Below are positions 14,051-27,198 of a stretch of 64,000 nucleotides of DNA, piece by piece. The number at the start of each line of letters is the position of its first letter. Position 1 is the first letter of the stretch. Below the pieces are notes generated by a model that was given only the letters and a program-made list of their open reading frames with translations, was not told the DNA's origin and did no database searches. The translations under genes were made by a program, and so were the position numbers. Origin of the DNA: Hemiscyllium ocellatum (taxonomy: Eukaryota). The stretch lies in the NCBI RefSeq assembly GCF_020745735.1, contig NC_083417.1, positions 63,736,001 through 63,800,000 of the forward strand. The letters run 5' to 3'.

Positions 14051-15499
14051 ATCCAGAATCTGGTTTCCAGCATCTGCAGTCAGTGTTTTTACCCAATAAT
14101 TAATCTACCATTCTATAAATCAGTAAAAAGCCATGCCTAAAGCTCTTCTTTGGGTTGCAGTTAAAAATGAAAGAGATACTCAGGAGAATCCACTGGAAAG
14201 GAAAGGAGTTAACCTTTTCTTTACCCCAATAGAAAAACAAGTGCTATTGGATGCATTTACCAAATGGTTAAAGCTAAAAGAAATGTAAAAGTCCACTTAA
14301 TTTACGAAGACCGTGGTAAAATAAAAACAAGAAAACAGAAGATAAGGCTGTAAAAATAGCATTTTGAGCTCATATGGAATGAAAAGAGAATACCTTTGGT
14401 CAGTGGATATTTATCACAGCCGAGACTTCTGGATGTGATCTCTCGTTTTGTGACTGTGTGCTACGTAACTGCCTGCACTGGAATGCTACTGTACATGTCA
14501 TTCTCTTTACGAGCAAAGATCAAACAACAATTTAAGGAAAGAGATCAGAAGAGAGTCAGAAAGTGTTAATTGCTGAGAGAGAGAGTGAAAGAGAAAGACA
14601 GAGGGGAACAGAGCAGCTTTTCGATCTGTGGTCCCTGAACTAATCCGCTTTGCAACCTGGATTGTATGGACATACAGTCATTGTTTGAAAAATGCTGTCT
14701 TGTGTAGTATGTGTGTTTTCATTTCTTGGAGCTCGAGATCTGGGAACCCTTTGAGTCGAGTTTGCATCTTGGGAATGTATGCTGATTTGAAATTGTGATG
14801 ACAACATGTTATGGTTAATACAATGTCCCTTCGTGGAAGTAGCAGTGGTTGTGTAAAAAAAGAAACCTGCTATGAAATGTTGATTTTGGATTTGTTTCTT
14901 AAAGCATGGTAAACATTTACCTTTTGGAATTGGTTACTGTTAATTTATGTTAATTGAAGAAGAAAAGTTAAGTCGAAAGCCATAATTCCTGTTTCCTCCA
15001 AACAATGTACTCTCTCTGTTGATTTGAATTTGAGGAAAGAATCCTGGGTAAATGCATAATTTCAGATGTTTTACTTTTAAATTATTATGTTTGCAATTTC
15101 AGTTTTGACCAAAATATGATTCAAGATGAAATTTTAACACCTTTGTGGATCTTACACGATAAGATTTGTTAAGGGAATTGGAATTTTTGAAATGCAATAC
15201 TGTTTGCACAAAATTTTCTGATGATATGTTTTCATATCTGGGAAAACTAACATCACGGAATTGAAAATGAGAGAAAAATCTTACCAACAAGGTCAGTTTT
15301 CTCTTGATTCAAAAATCAATTATCGTACAAGACTTCTCGTTCTATACGTGTGGAATAGAGACTGTTGGCATAACTCTATTCAGGAGTTTTTGCCCCGCCC
15401 CTTTTAAACCAGCAGATATCCATCACTAACTAACCTATTCTGCCTGAAGTGGAATGGATGGATACTATTTTGTTTTTCAGATAATTGAAGGTGCTCAAG

Positions 15500-16078
15500 A
15501 CTTTTGCCAATGTGTACAAACTTCTGAAACAGTCTACAGGCTTTCAATGTCGCAACATGGTGATGGATAAGGCATCCTTAGCACATCAAGCCATTCGCTC
15601 ACAATGTATTTCAGCATTGGAGAACCACTACAGAACTCAGCTTATCCAACTAGACTTAATTATGCTGTTCCAAAGATACACAGCAGAGCCAACAGCAAAC
15701 CCCCTTTAAAAACCAGAGTAAGTAGAACATGTGCTTACAGGTTGAAGTTGAAGGGCAAAGTGAGAGAGAGACTTTCCACAAAGCTCCCTGTAGAACCTCT
15801 CACCAGTTCAAGGACTGAACTAAAACTGCCCAGTTCAGCTAGAGAGCTAAACACTTTCCTTTCTTTAAACATGTCACTTGTAAAACATGACCACTTTGGC
15901 CTGGAGTCGCAACTGTTAACATGGAAACAAAAGATCTCTCAAAATCCTTTTCATCGCAGTACTAAACCAAACTGATCAAAACCCGGCCAGGCTCATTAAC
16001 CCTCTGAAACAATTCAAGGGCACAGTTTCTTTGAGCCAAGGAACAGCTTTTAGGAAACAAAGTACCACTTTGGTGACA
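15500..16078. repeat. LTR-like repeat related to those at 5.6, 21.6, 26.3 and 52.8 kb
   Basis: Shared internal motifs by eye; ends in GTGACA. Left boundary uncertain. Confidence 0.4.
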
Positions 16079-16949
16079 ATTGAGTATCAGAAAGCTAAAA
16101 GCCATTAAGCACATCACAATAAAAAAAAGTCTTGGCATTATAAAATATTTAAATAGAATAGTTAACGGAAAATTTAAATGCATTTTTGAAAATGTTAAAA
16201 TGCTTGCACAGACTCAATGGTTTTAATGCATATAAAATTGTTCGTGTTTTTGAGGGAGGAAACATAATAGGGAATTCGGAGAAATTTACATATAGGTGCA
16301 TCACATATGCAGCATAAGTTAGCAAATAAATTCCCTACTTTTTACAAAATGAAGGATAATCTCAGAGAAAGAACGAGCCAAGAAAGATACTACCTTCTGT
16401 TTGACTTCTGTTTACGATATTATGAGATTATGTTTCATTGGACTACAGATCTTCCCAGAGCTCAGGAATTAGATAGAATATTAATAGTTGAATTGCAAAA
16501 TTGGACGAGAGGAAATGATTAAGGGTGCAGAGTGGTAGCTGAAGAGGAAAAAGAATGAGGATAATCGGTTACAATGGCAGTTGGGATTAAATGCATTTTG
16601 GTAAAAGGAACGTTTGGTAACAGCAATAAAGAGAGCTTTCTTTCAGTGATGTTTGTATCTTTGTCTTTTTCTTGAGGACTGCATTTGATGATCGAGCCAC
16701 CAACCAAGACATTGGCACTACAGATGGAGAGATAAGTCAAGGTGCCTGACATGATCTTGGAATATCAATATATGTGTTCAAAAAGGATTGAATGATGAAG
16801 AGCTTATGTTTGAAACATCGACTCTCCTGCTCCTCGGATGCTGCCTGACCGGCTATGCTTTTCCAGCACTGCAATTTTTGACTCTGATCTTCAGCACTTG
16901 CAGTCCTCACTTCCTCCCTTATTTGAAAGAAGACCAAGCTTAGATTCTG

Positions 16950-19900
16950 ATGGTGTAAGAGTCAATAATAAGCAAATTCCAGAGAAAATGGTAACATGTT
17001 AGACTTGTGTTGTTTGACACAGTGTACAGTGCAGCTCAATTGAGTACTTGCATTTGGAGATAGCTACTATTCAATGATACAATCATTCATAAATTTGGCA
17101 AGGAAGGAAACATGTTGAAGAAATATACTCTGGATGGATGCATTGGAAGAGACCTGGAGAAATGTGAACCTATTTATGATGTCATTTTACTGTTATCTGC
17201 ATGAGAGAACTTGTGGATAAAGAATAACAAAAATTTAGGAGCACAGATCTGAATTCATAATTCTCAGAGGACATAGAGTTTGAATATAGTTAATTTTGGA
17301 ACAAATAGCGTAAATAGACTAACTGAAAGAAAAAAAGACAAATTAAGCAGATCATTGCATTCAAAGCTCAAGAGAAGAATGATAGATAGATTAGAAAATA
17401 TGACACAAGGGTGAGCATGAAATCACATTTCATGGCGGCCAAATTTCACCAGCGTGTTTAGAGTTTGGAGGGTGCCACATGGGCAATCAAGGTGTTTGAA
17501 CCCATCAACATTATTGGGACATATTATCCTATCCCATCCCCTCATGCAATCGATTGCACTGTATGGTGGGCTTGCTGGAAGTGGGAAAATTGAGACCAAT
17601 ATTAGACAGGCGCTGAGCTAAATGGGAGTAGGTATGATGTCCCGCAGATAAACATATCCAAGAAGTTAAAGCTGAAATAGTAAGCCGACAAGAATGATGG
17701 TGAAAAAAGGGAATGGTAATGAGTCTGTGAGAGAAGTCGAAGATGGAGAGGATTGTGGGAATGCCGAGGAACCATTAGAAGAATGTTGTAATTATTTGCA
17801 TCTCGATCAAGGAAATGCTACGATAGAATGCCCCACACTGCTTGGGTAATAGTAGATGTAGAGAGAAACTTGATGGCAGGAGACCAGATTCCTGGTTGAT
17901 ACTCAGCTCAAGTAGCAAAATTAGATATCCTCAACGTAGCACTGAAATTAGGCAGTGGCCAGATATTGAATGTATACACGGATAATAGGTATGCCTTTAC
18001 AGTAGTGCACGAAAATATGATGATCTGGGTTCAGCGAGGACATATTACCTCATCTGGGGGCAATGTACAACAAGACAAACAGGTTAAAGATTTGATAGAA
18101 GCAGCTAAGTTACCTAGTGAACTAGTAGTGATTACAAATAAAGCACATTGGATGGTAGGAACGCCACAGCATTAGACTGATGAACATTAGATACAGCAGC
18201 TAAAATGGTTACTGAATTGTCATAGACACTTGAGGAAGTTCCATTAGCAGCAGAACATGCACACAATCATAAGTAGCAGTTATCAGGATCAAACGAAAAT
18301 GAATCAGTTAGGATGATACTTCTCTCAAGTTAGTCTGGATGGTATTGAGAATTTGAAACCCCTTCAGGATATAATTAATTGATTATTGAATAATTCTCAA
18401 GGAGAGCACAAGACAGGGATGTGTCCAACTAACATGAAATGGTGACTGACCAGTACGAGCTTCTTAAAACTAATCATGTACCAGCTTCTACACTGGGTAT
18501 TGGGTGAACAATTGAAGAAATTCGTAGAGGAGAAGACACCCTTGGACCACCTCAGCAATTTAACCCTTGCTCATAGATTAATGGATATCCATGACGATCA
18601 TAAAGGGGAATGCTACATAGGAGGGGCGGCGCACATGTCAAAACATGAGGACAACTACACCAACTGCTCACAGAAGGTCCACAATTTATGCAAATACCAT
18701 GCTAACATCTGAATGTCGCTGCAAAAAAAAACAACCACGTGATTGTTTAAATAAGACCAAGAACAAAATCGACTTGTTTCAGTGTTACCAAGAAGGGGAT
18801 CAGTGGGCATGCCCAGAGGAAATGACTAGACAAAGGCTGACCAGTTATGACATCGACTTTTAAGAGAATAGCATACTATGCATTTCACCAGAGAATAACC
18901 AGTCTTTTCAGCAGTACGTCCTAGTTGGACAAACTTATTATTTAGCCACAGTGACCAGTTATTATTGTATTCAGTACTTGGACATAATATTGCTGTCGGG
19001 ACATAAAATTGCCATTGGCAATATAACTGGGAACACTATTTTTGAAGAAGAATCCTCACCCATGCCAGAGAAACAATTAATGCTTAAGAAAACTTCCAAG
19101 ATCCATTGCGCAGATACAGACCAATAGGTATTGCAGTATGTCGCCACTGAACTGCCATCTGTTCCACACCTGTCAACAGGTTGGCTTTGTATCGTCAAGC
19201 TAGTTGAAGAAATCATTCACAAGTGGTCTGAATTCATTGAGGAAATCAAGGTCTACACGGATCAAGCAGACGAGAGTCTGAGAGAACCCAGTTTGTGAGA
19301 GCATGCAGGGGACCAGGGTGTGAATACACACATGCATGCCTGGATTTGGATTATATGTGATATAGTGGTAGTGGTCCAAGTGCATTATTTGTATTGATCT
19401 TACTAATGTGCATGGTTGAAAGACAGTTCAAGATGTGAAGAACAAATGGCAGACCTTAGATGAAAGAGTACGAGCACTAGACTTGGTGCCTTAAGGTGGA
19501 GGCCAGCTTAGTGCATAAACCAGCGGCAGGGAGGGGTGTGTTATTGGGTCCTCCCATGGTGAGAGGGGGCAAAATATCGCTGTCTTTTGGCATAGGTATG
19601 ATGGAGACTTTTAATTGCAATAACTAAATTGACTTGCTTGGTCCAGATAAAAGTGAGATGCGTTCTTAGATGCGTCCATTATTGATCAGCAGTTGCACAG
19701 GATTGCATGCATAGATTCCGAGTGGGAGTGGGAGGCAGTGGGAGGAATAATGATATCAATGTCGCATGTAATTATTGTAACAAGAAACGAATCAAAATTC
19801 TTATTCATCTGGGGAAACTAGAATGTCATTGACTGATTCAATCCGATCCATGCAAAGAGGGCAAGTGGTACCCACATGAAAACCAGATTTGGAGCAGTCT

Positions 19901-19960
19901 CTGCCTCGCTCCAACTCTGGTAAATGAGTTCTGAATAAAGGTCTATTTTACACAGAGCTC
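16950..19960 (+). mobile_element. Decayed class I (epsilon/gamma-like) endogenous retrovirus: pol RNase H, env-like region, probable 3' LTR
   Basis: VYTDNRYAFTVVH...WVQRGHITSSG...LIEAAKLPSELVVI..KAH is a retroviral RNase H pattern. A hydrophobic TM-like stretch lies near 19320-19400, and a purine tract followed by TG near 19535. Confidence 0.7.
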
Positions 19961-22499
19961 AAGATTCCTTTTTGACATATTTCCCCAAATGTCCAACAAA
20001 CTTTAAGGGACATCAATTGCAGAATCATTTGGATTTGGTTTTTCACTCTGAGTGCAACAAGTGATAGATTTTTTTTGCTTTTATTTGCTATCAAAATGCC
20101 CCCAATTGAGCATATTGACACATAACACAGTCTGTGAATTTCTTTCTCCTTCAACGTGAAGTTCTTATCAAATGTTTCACTTCGCTCAGTTTCCTGTCAA
20201 TTTGATAGGGCCTAATCAGCTTTGTCATTAAATGTTGAAATACTGCCAGTAGTGACGTTAATACTTGATCTCTATTAGAGAAATTATTGTCTTTTGATCT
20301 CGTTTGCTTCCCGTTTCATCACATTCTGTGCTACTTTTACATCTGTATAGCCAATACACCCACTTTATTTAATCTCGTTCTAAAATTTGAAATATAGCCA
20401 AATACTGTAGTCCATGATCTCCAACTCATAATATTTTCCTCAATTAATTTAAATGGTTCCCTCACCTAGTGTCCAAAAACAACTTCAAATGGTCAGAATT
20501 TAGTTGATTCATTAGGTGCAACACCAGTAGTAAACCGTGCAAATATAATTCTTTAATCCCAATCGTCTGCATACTCTTGACTGTAGGCTCTCAAAATGGC
20601 TTATAAAGTTTTATGCCACCATTCTAGTGTTCCCCGCAATTCTGAATGATGTACAGTTGATTTAAATTGTTGCACTCGTAAGCTACCAATAATTACCTTG
20701 AATAACTTCAATGTAAAAGTGTATCCTTGATTTGTTTGTTTTCTCTGAGTAGTCCGGATCTTGTAAATAGAATCAATTGATTCACTCTTTTTCAATCCTT
20801 TTAGCATGAAATTGCATAATGGAGTGACCTCTGGAAATCTTGCAGACGCATCCATTTCATTCAAGGAATATTGATTCCATTTTTTTTTGTTTTCGTGAGT
20901 GGTCCTATGCAATCTATTAAAATTATTGTATAAGGTTCCTCAAGTGGTGGGATGCATATTAAGAGTGTTGATTTTATTACAGACTGAGATGTTCCTATTA
21001 ATGGACAGGTGAGACATGCTTGAAAACTATAAAACCATATCTTTATGCAGTGCAGGCCATTAAAAGTATTTTTCGAACTTTGCTTGAGTTTACCTCACTC
21101 AAAAATGACTCCCTTCTCACATGTGCTACGAGAAACACCTCCTCTTTATAACTCACCATTAACTCAACTTGATGAATTTCTTCCCAGTTTTCATCCTCCT
21201 GAATATATATTTCGTCATCAAGACTTCATTTTTAAGATAGTAGAATTATGATATACACTTGGAGTCGTTTTCTGTGCAAGTTTAAAGATATAACTCGTGT
21301 ACCTATCAATCTTTCTGTTGTAAATCAGCTAACTTCTGTGAACTGAAAATATCCACTTGTCCTCCACCTGTTTTTGTTTAGTTTCAGCTTGTCCACCATC
21401 GAAATGTTCTCCCTTACACAACTTTTGTAAACCATCCCAAGTGATTGCTTCTACACTCAGGAAACACATAGCCTCTGAAAGAAGCTACAGAAAGTGCTCC
21501 CTACATAAACCAACCAAATGCAACACCAAAATAAAATTGCACTGGCACTCACTGTTTTTGAGTCCAATCATGTGAAACCTAACCTGGAATTAGAGATTTT
21601 TGTCCCGAACCAGAACTCCAATTTGTTATGGGGTAGACCAGACCCCTCCACCCCAAAGTGTTGCAAACAGATAGCCTATCGTAACCTTTACATTTATTTA
21701 AAGCCAAGTGTAAGGTACTGTGTTCAGGATGTGATTTGATTAGTCCATCCCAATGCTTTAATCAAATCACACTTTATTCTTACAAGTCAGTGAAAATACA
21801 AAACAGAAAGGCATAGCTTTAACTCGACAGAAATATCTAACACAGTAATGCGTTATTTAGACGTTTATCATCAATGATTCCAATTTGGGCATGATCCTCT
21901 TAACACACCCTTTGTCAAAAATACAATCCAATAAAATAGCTACGATTCTCAAATTATGCCTATTTCCAGCCCAGAAGAAATAGACAATCTTCCCCTTTTG
22001 ATTTCTACCAGGAACCCTCACTGTCTCAGATTGCACTCTAACAACGAGGGACTCACGCTTTTAGCTCAGCAACCAGCAGACTTCTTGAACTAATTGGAAG
22101 CAAAGCTAAAAGCCTATCTGGGGTCTTTGTGAGCCCTGACCCGCTCACTCATGATTCTTTCATCGCATTTAGAAAAAAAAACATTCAGGAAGAAGTTAAA
22201 AACTGACTTTCAACTGGCTGTCTGAAGGAGTCATTTCAGTACCATTGTGGCAGATCCCCTCTCCAGGTGAAACAGAGCAGAACCCCTCTTACAGACAAAA
22301 TCTGGTTAGTTGCCCCCTTCTCAGAAAGTCAGAGAGTTTTGAGATGCGAACCAGACGCCTTATGCCTTTGCAAACTATTGGAAACACTTGGAATAGAAAG
22401 ATAGAAAGCAACCTTGTGTGCAGCAAAAGCACCAACCAAATATATCATGCTTATCAAAGACGACTGATTGCATACCCAGATCAGTCCCAGTCCATAACA
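19960..22499 (-). mobile_element. Gypsy (Gmr1-like) 5' part: LTR 21624-22499, degenerate PBS, gag and integrase relics
   Basis: FKSTVHHSELRGTLEWWHKTL resembles the integrase core. LTR has TGTTATG...CATAACA ends. TTGGAGTTCTGGTTCGGGAC, next to the LTR, resembles a tRNA-Pro PBS. Confidence 0.7.
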
Positions 22500-24160
22500 T
22501 TCATAGCACGCAGTTCTGAGGAATGACCACCGGACCTAAAATGTTAACACTAATTTCGCTTCACAGGTGGTGCCAGATCTGCTGAGTTTTTCCAGTAGCT
22601 TCTGTTTTGTGTCTATAACATTCATAGTTGGTTTATCTATGTGTGCCTTTGTGTATGTGGGGGAGGGGGGGGAGAGTTTAGTTTGGCTGGCTGCAAAGTA
22701 ATTTGAAACATCCCCATCAGTTGGGAAATGAATACCAGTTCGGCAACTATATATTGGTGGTGTATTTAAGACACCTTTGCACTCCCTGGTGTCCTTCTTA
22801 GTAGTAGCCTGTTATTGTTTTGCTCTCTGCTTCCATAGTCTGAACTTGCAGTTGGCTTCTTCAAAAAGCCTGTTCTGCACCTATCTCCCAGCAAGGCTTA
22901 TGACCTCCAGAACACCGAGTGCTGTTCAAATGCAGAAACCGCAATGGACGAGCTATATTAATCAGTGTTACACTACTATGAAACATTCCAAAATTGAAAT
23001 GTGCATGTGGAATTTAATCACTTTGACTGTTCTGAAACATGCATGGTGATGAATTAAAAAAAGGTGGCATACGAGGACAGCATGAATTGCTTATATATTC
23101 CCTTCAAAATTATTGTAAAACAATAGGTAAGTTACGATGTCACAAATGAAATGAACTATCTGTTGATGTCAATGTTGAGTAATGACATAATTAGATTGAA
23201 ATATGTGATGTTATCGCCCTGTTGCTAAACACCACTAAGTCTGCTTATAGCATTTCACAGAATTATTGGCAATTACGTTTAGGACTACATACTGTACAAC
23301 CACATCCGTTTCCAGTGAAAATTAAAACAAACACTATTTAACAAAACATTGGCTTTGTTATAACGGGCAGCATAGCTGCATTTTGTGTTGCATGTGTCTA
23401 TGATTTTATGGTATCGCCCTGTCAGATAGTTTTTTTAGTGGGAAATATCAACTGGGGGCTATTTTCAGTGAGTTTAGAGAGTTCAGTTGATGATAAAAGT
23501 CTAAATAATGCATTACCCTGTTAGGTATTTCTGCAGAGTTAAATATATGACTTTTATGTTTTGTAAGAATAAAGTGTGATTTGATTAAAGCATTGGGATA
23601 AACAAATCAAATCAAATCCTGACCACGAGTTTAGAGAGTTAAGTGTCTTACTCATTGTGCACCTCGAGTGAATACCAGAAGGAAGTAAGCAAGACATAAG
23701 TCAATACATGGATTTTATTATATCAATTGCCAAAAAATTCTCAAATGCTGGTTTGTATGTGAACGCATACGTTTTTGCCTATTGTCATGCATACCGATCA
23801 CTGGAAAACAATTGCATTGTTGTAGTCGAAGAGAATAAATAATTAATGCATTTCAGGTAAGTTAATTTTATTTTCTGAACGATAGCCAACAAAAAACGCC
23901 ATCAACTAATCGAGCAGTCAATAATAGACAGACTATATTCTCGGATCTATCATTGGAATTATTCACAATTTTGGCAGACACGTTTTGCATGGCATATGCA
24001 TGCGTGGAGTGATATGGTAAATGAATAGAGATGGCTAACTGAATGATTCTTCTTTGTTATAAACCTCCATAACTTCTTAATTTGTTTTTCTATGCATGTG
24101 GGCATCGTCTGTGTTATTTGCACTTTTACTATCAGCTGCCCCCTCCAGCCTGCACCTTTT

Positions 24161-24223
24161 CTATGAGCTTGCGAAATTAAGCGTTGTGTAGGTCATCTTG
24201 TCTCAAACTGTTGCTTGTTGAAT
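24161..24223 (-). pseudogene. Gene B terminal exon (MTYTTL) with premature TGA
   Basis: CTTACAG/ then IQQATV*DKMTYTTLNFASS*. Aligns codon for codon with the start of the last exon of gene A. Confidence 0.7.
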
Positions 24224-24456
24224 CTGTAAGATTAATGTTTTGATTTGGTGTAAATGAGTCGTCGCACAAGGCTTAGTGATTATGTTCAATCATCAAAAAA
24301 TGGACCGAGATGGAAAGGTAAAGTCGACATGTCCCAGATATTGCTTGACCATGAGAGGGAATGGCAACTGATGTCATTTAACCTGAGGGTCGCATTTGTC
24401 AGGAGAGGTCAAGATGGTCACAACTTCATGGTGACTTCAGCCAGTACAGGAAACAG

Positions 24457-24606
24457 TTAAAAATCACACAACAGCAGGTTAACGTTCAACAGGCTCATTA
24501 GTAAATAGTAGCTTTCTTCATATGGTGGTTCGTCAACTAGTGCTTCGAAAACTAGTGTTTCCAAATAAACCTGTTGGACTATAACCTGGTGTTGTGTGAT
24601 TTTTAA
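24457..24606. repeat. Short interspersed element forming an inverted repeat (arms 24457-24516 and 24547-24606)
   Basis: TTAAAAATCACACAAC... pairs with ...GTTGTGTGATTTTTAA. Single-arm copies at about 54370-54485 and 61840-61940. Confidence 0.75.
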
Positions 24607-24824
24607 TTTTATCCATTCCAGTCCAGCACTGGCTTCTCCAAGTCAAAGGACAGGAAACGACCGCACACTTCTGGTGGCATTCAGCATTGCAAATGGGGTG
24701 CCCAGCCAATTCAGCAAAGGAAGCCCTGACTTAAATGCAAAACACAGCCGCCCCTTAGCCTGTTATTCTTGATGGACCATTTGTCACATTTGTGGGCTTT
24801 TTTTGATCCATTGGTAAAACTTAC

Positions 24825-24926
24825 CCGACCGTACAAGACACTCTCATTTTCAAGATTACTAATTGGACATTTTCTGGCATTGCTCACATCCACTTCAGCA
24901 TAATGCACGACCTCAGCCAACTCTCT
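24825..24926 (-). pseudogene. Gene B cytoplasmic exon 2 (ITIM VHYAEV and VLYGR-I)
   Basis: 102 nt, CATTCAG/ then RELAEVVHYAEVDVSNARKCPISNLENESVLYGR, then /GTAAGT. Confidence 0.85.
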
Positions 24927-25454
24927 CTGAATGGATCAGAAAGGAAGAAAATGTTTGGTTATATGGCTACTTCGTTGGCATCAGCATTTCACACAACTCT
25001 GAACAAACATTGGACAGATTACGTTGAACTGGAAATCAAGTGCACAACATAGAACACATAGATTAGCATACACTAGAAAGTTAAGACAATAAGGATACTG
25101 GAGCTGAAATTTAAACTTGTCCTCTTGTACTCAAACTCAATGTTACGAAAAGCATCTACTTTCAATGAAAATTTCTGTCTCATGGAGAGATATAACTATT
25201 TATAAAGATTTGCAAAAAAAAAGACAATTTACTTGTTAGTTATAAACCATAATTTATTTTTATTCAGTGCACTGACTGACTCTAAGCGCATTCCTAGTCA
25301 GTTTTTTTTAAAAAAAAATGACATATCTTAATTGGAAAAATGCTTTCAGTAAGTGCAATTAAAGAGATTTTGACATCAAGGTTATGAAATAAAAATCTCA
25401 TGATATTAAATTCTATTTACAGGTTGCATACGTCAGAATAAGCAAGAAACATAC

Positions 25455-25498
25455 CATTTCTTCACGACGAGTTGATCTAGTTAAATCGTCTTCTTTAT
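25455..25498 (-). pseudogene. Gene B cytoplasmic exon 1
   Basis: 44 nt, xKEDDLTRSTRREEM/GTATGT, homologous to 59862-59905. Confidence 0.85.
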
Positions 25499-26134
25499 CT
25501 ATCAATGAATAAGATTGAATATTTGTAAAAGTTTGAAATATTTACTCAGTATCCAAACCAATGAATGCAAAGCTAATTTTAGAATTAGAAGAAAAGAAAA
25601 CTGAAAGTTCTAGAGTTCCACATTTTGCTGATAGCATTTGAATTGCCAGCACTTTGAGAGTAGACATTGCATGGTAGGGGATGCTCATTTAGATGCTAGG
25701 GATTACAAACAAAGTGGGAATGAGTTGGAAATTTCAGTTGCGGAGGTGATTCTGCACTTTTGTTCCTGGAAATCAGACTCATTTGTCCATTCGGCCATCT
25801 ATATAATGGCAACTCCGTCGGGGCTTTTTACTCTTCAACTATTTGTTCCTCTACACAATATTTGTGACCATATGGTCATTTGCGAGGGTACCTTTCATTC
25901 ATCATGTTGAAAATGGAAAAAAAAAAGAAACATTGCTGTGTTTTAGGGCTCATTGTGCACTAATGCATTATGGAATGCTTTTTAAACAATTGAGACTTAG
26001 TGAAAGCAAATGCAATGTAATGTTCAATATTAAATCATTTTCGAGTTCTCCTTCCCCGATGTTTCAAAGACAGGCTTTCTTAAATTTCATTCTTAAATAG
26101 TTAAGTAGAGTCAAGGTTTTACAATGTGGTTTAC

Positions 26135-26248
26135 GTTCATTATTTTGCAATCGATCTCTCTTCTTAAGGACGATCAGTGGTACCAAAAAGATCACTCCAA
26201 ACACGGCGCATCCAGGCACCCAGAATTAATGTGAGTTAATGATACCAT
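26135..26248 (-). pseudogene. Gene B TM exon with in-frame TAA
   Basis: TTTTTGCAG/ then DGIINSH*FWVPGCAVFGVIFLVPLIVLKKRDRLQNNE. The stop aligns with Tyr of SHYHW in gene A. Confidence 0.85.
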
Positions 26249-26329
26249 CTGCAAAAAATAAGATGTACTTTGGGTAAACATAGTATCCAAGATTTATTGT
26301 TTCAACTAAGGGGCTAACTTTAATAAATC

Positions 26330-27198
26330 TGTTATTGACAAGACCAAACCTTCTGAAAATTTTCCGAAGATAATCTAGACCTTAACGTTTTCTCAGTTAA
26401 AGAAAAAGGTGAGGTGTTATATTCCAGATGAAATTCGGTCGGCCAAACTACTGAATTTAAAGCCAAACACGCTTTATTCATTCACTATAGTTAAAACACA
26501 ACAAAACAAAAGAGGAATTGGATTAACCTTACCTTATTGGTAAACTTAGTAGAACAATACATGCATGAACTATCACTAATTAACTGTTCGTATAAAGCAA
26601 CATCCCATAAACACACCCTTGGCAAAAGGCAAATTCAGAAAGGAAATTAGCCTCCAGCGCCAGGGGCCCAAGTTTAATCCCAACCTCAGTCAATTATCTG
26701 TGGAGACTTTGCACATGCGCCCCGTGCCAGTGTGAGTTTGCTTGGGATGCTCCAGTTTCTTCCCACAATCCAAAGATGTGCAGGTTAGATGAATTGACCA
26801 TACTAATTGACCGTAGTGTTCAGGAATGTGTAGGTTAGGTGCATTAGTCAGGAGTAAATGCAGAGTAATAGAGTAGGGGAATGCGTAGGTGTGGACTTGT
26901 TAGGTCAATGACTTGGTTCCACACTATACGGATTCTATCACTCTATGATTTTGGCTGTAACAAAGAGGGAAAGAACTAGCTTCCAGTTCTTCAAGACCCC
27001 AACGGCAACTGCTGAGTGCTAAAGTTCTGTAGGAGCTTGGCCACACCCATTCCGGCTGCTTCTGTTTTTCGAAATTAAAAAAAAGTCATCACAAGCTGTT
27101 TACTCTAGTGAGTGCGATTTCTAGAAACCTCTCTTTTAAAATCTCTCTCAAAAAAGATAGGGGAAAATACATATCTTTAAAGCCACAGTATCATCACA
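26330..27198. mobile_element. Solo-LTR-like repeat with a nested tRNA-derived SINE (about 26640-26945)
   Basis: TGTTA...TCACA ends; flanks AATC/ACTC match at 3 of 4 positions; shares motifs with 52832-53408. Confidence 0.65.

Noticed and set aside
24711-24824. Read-through C-terminus of ORF 24711-24920
   Set aside because: A strong donor at 24824 and a homologous downstream exon indicate that this part is intronic.
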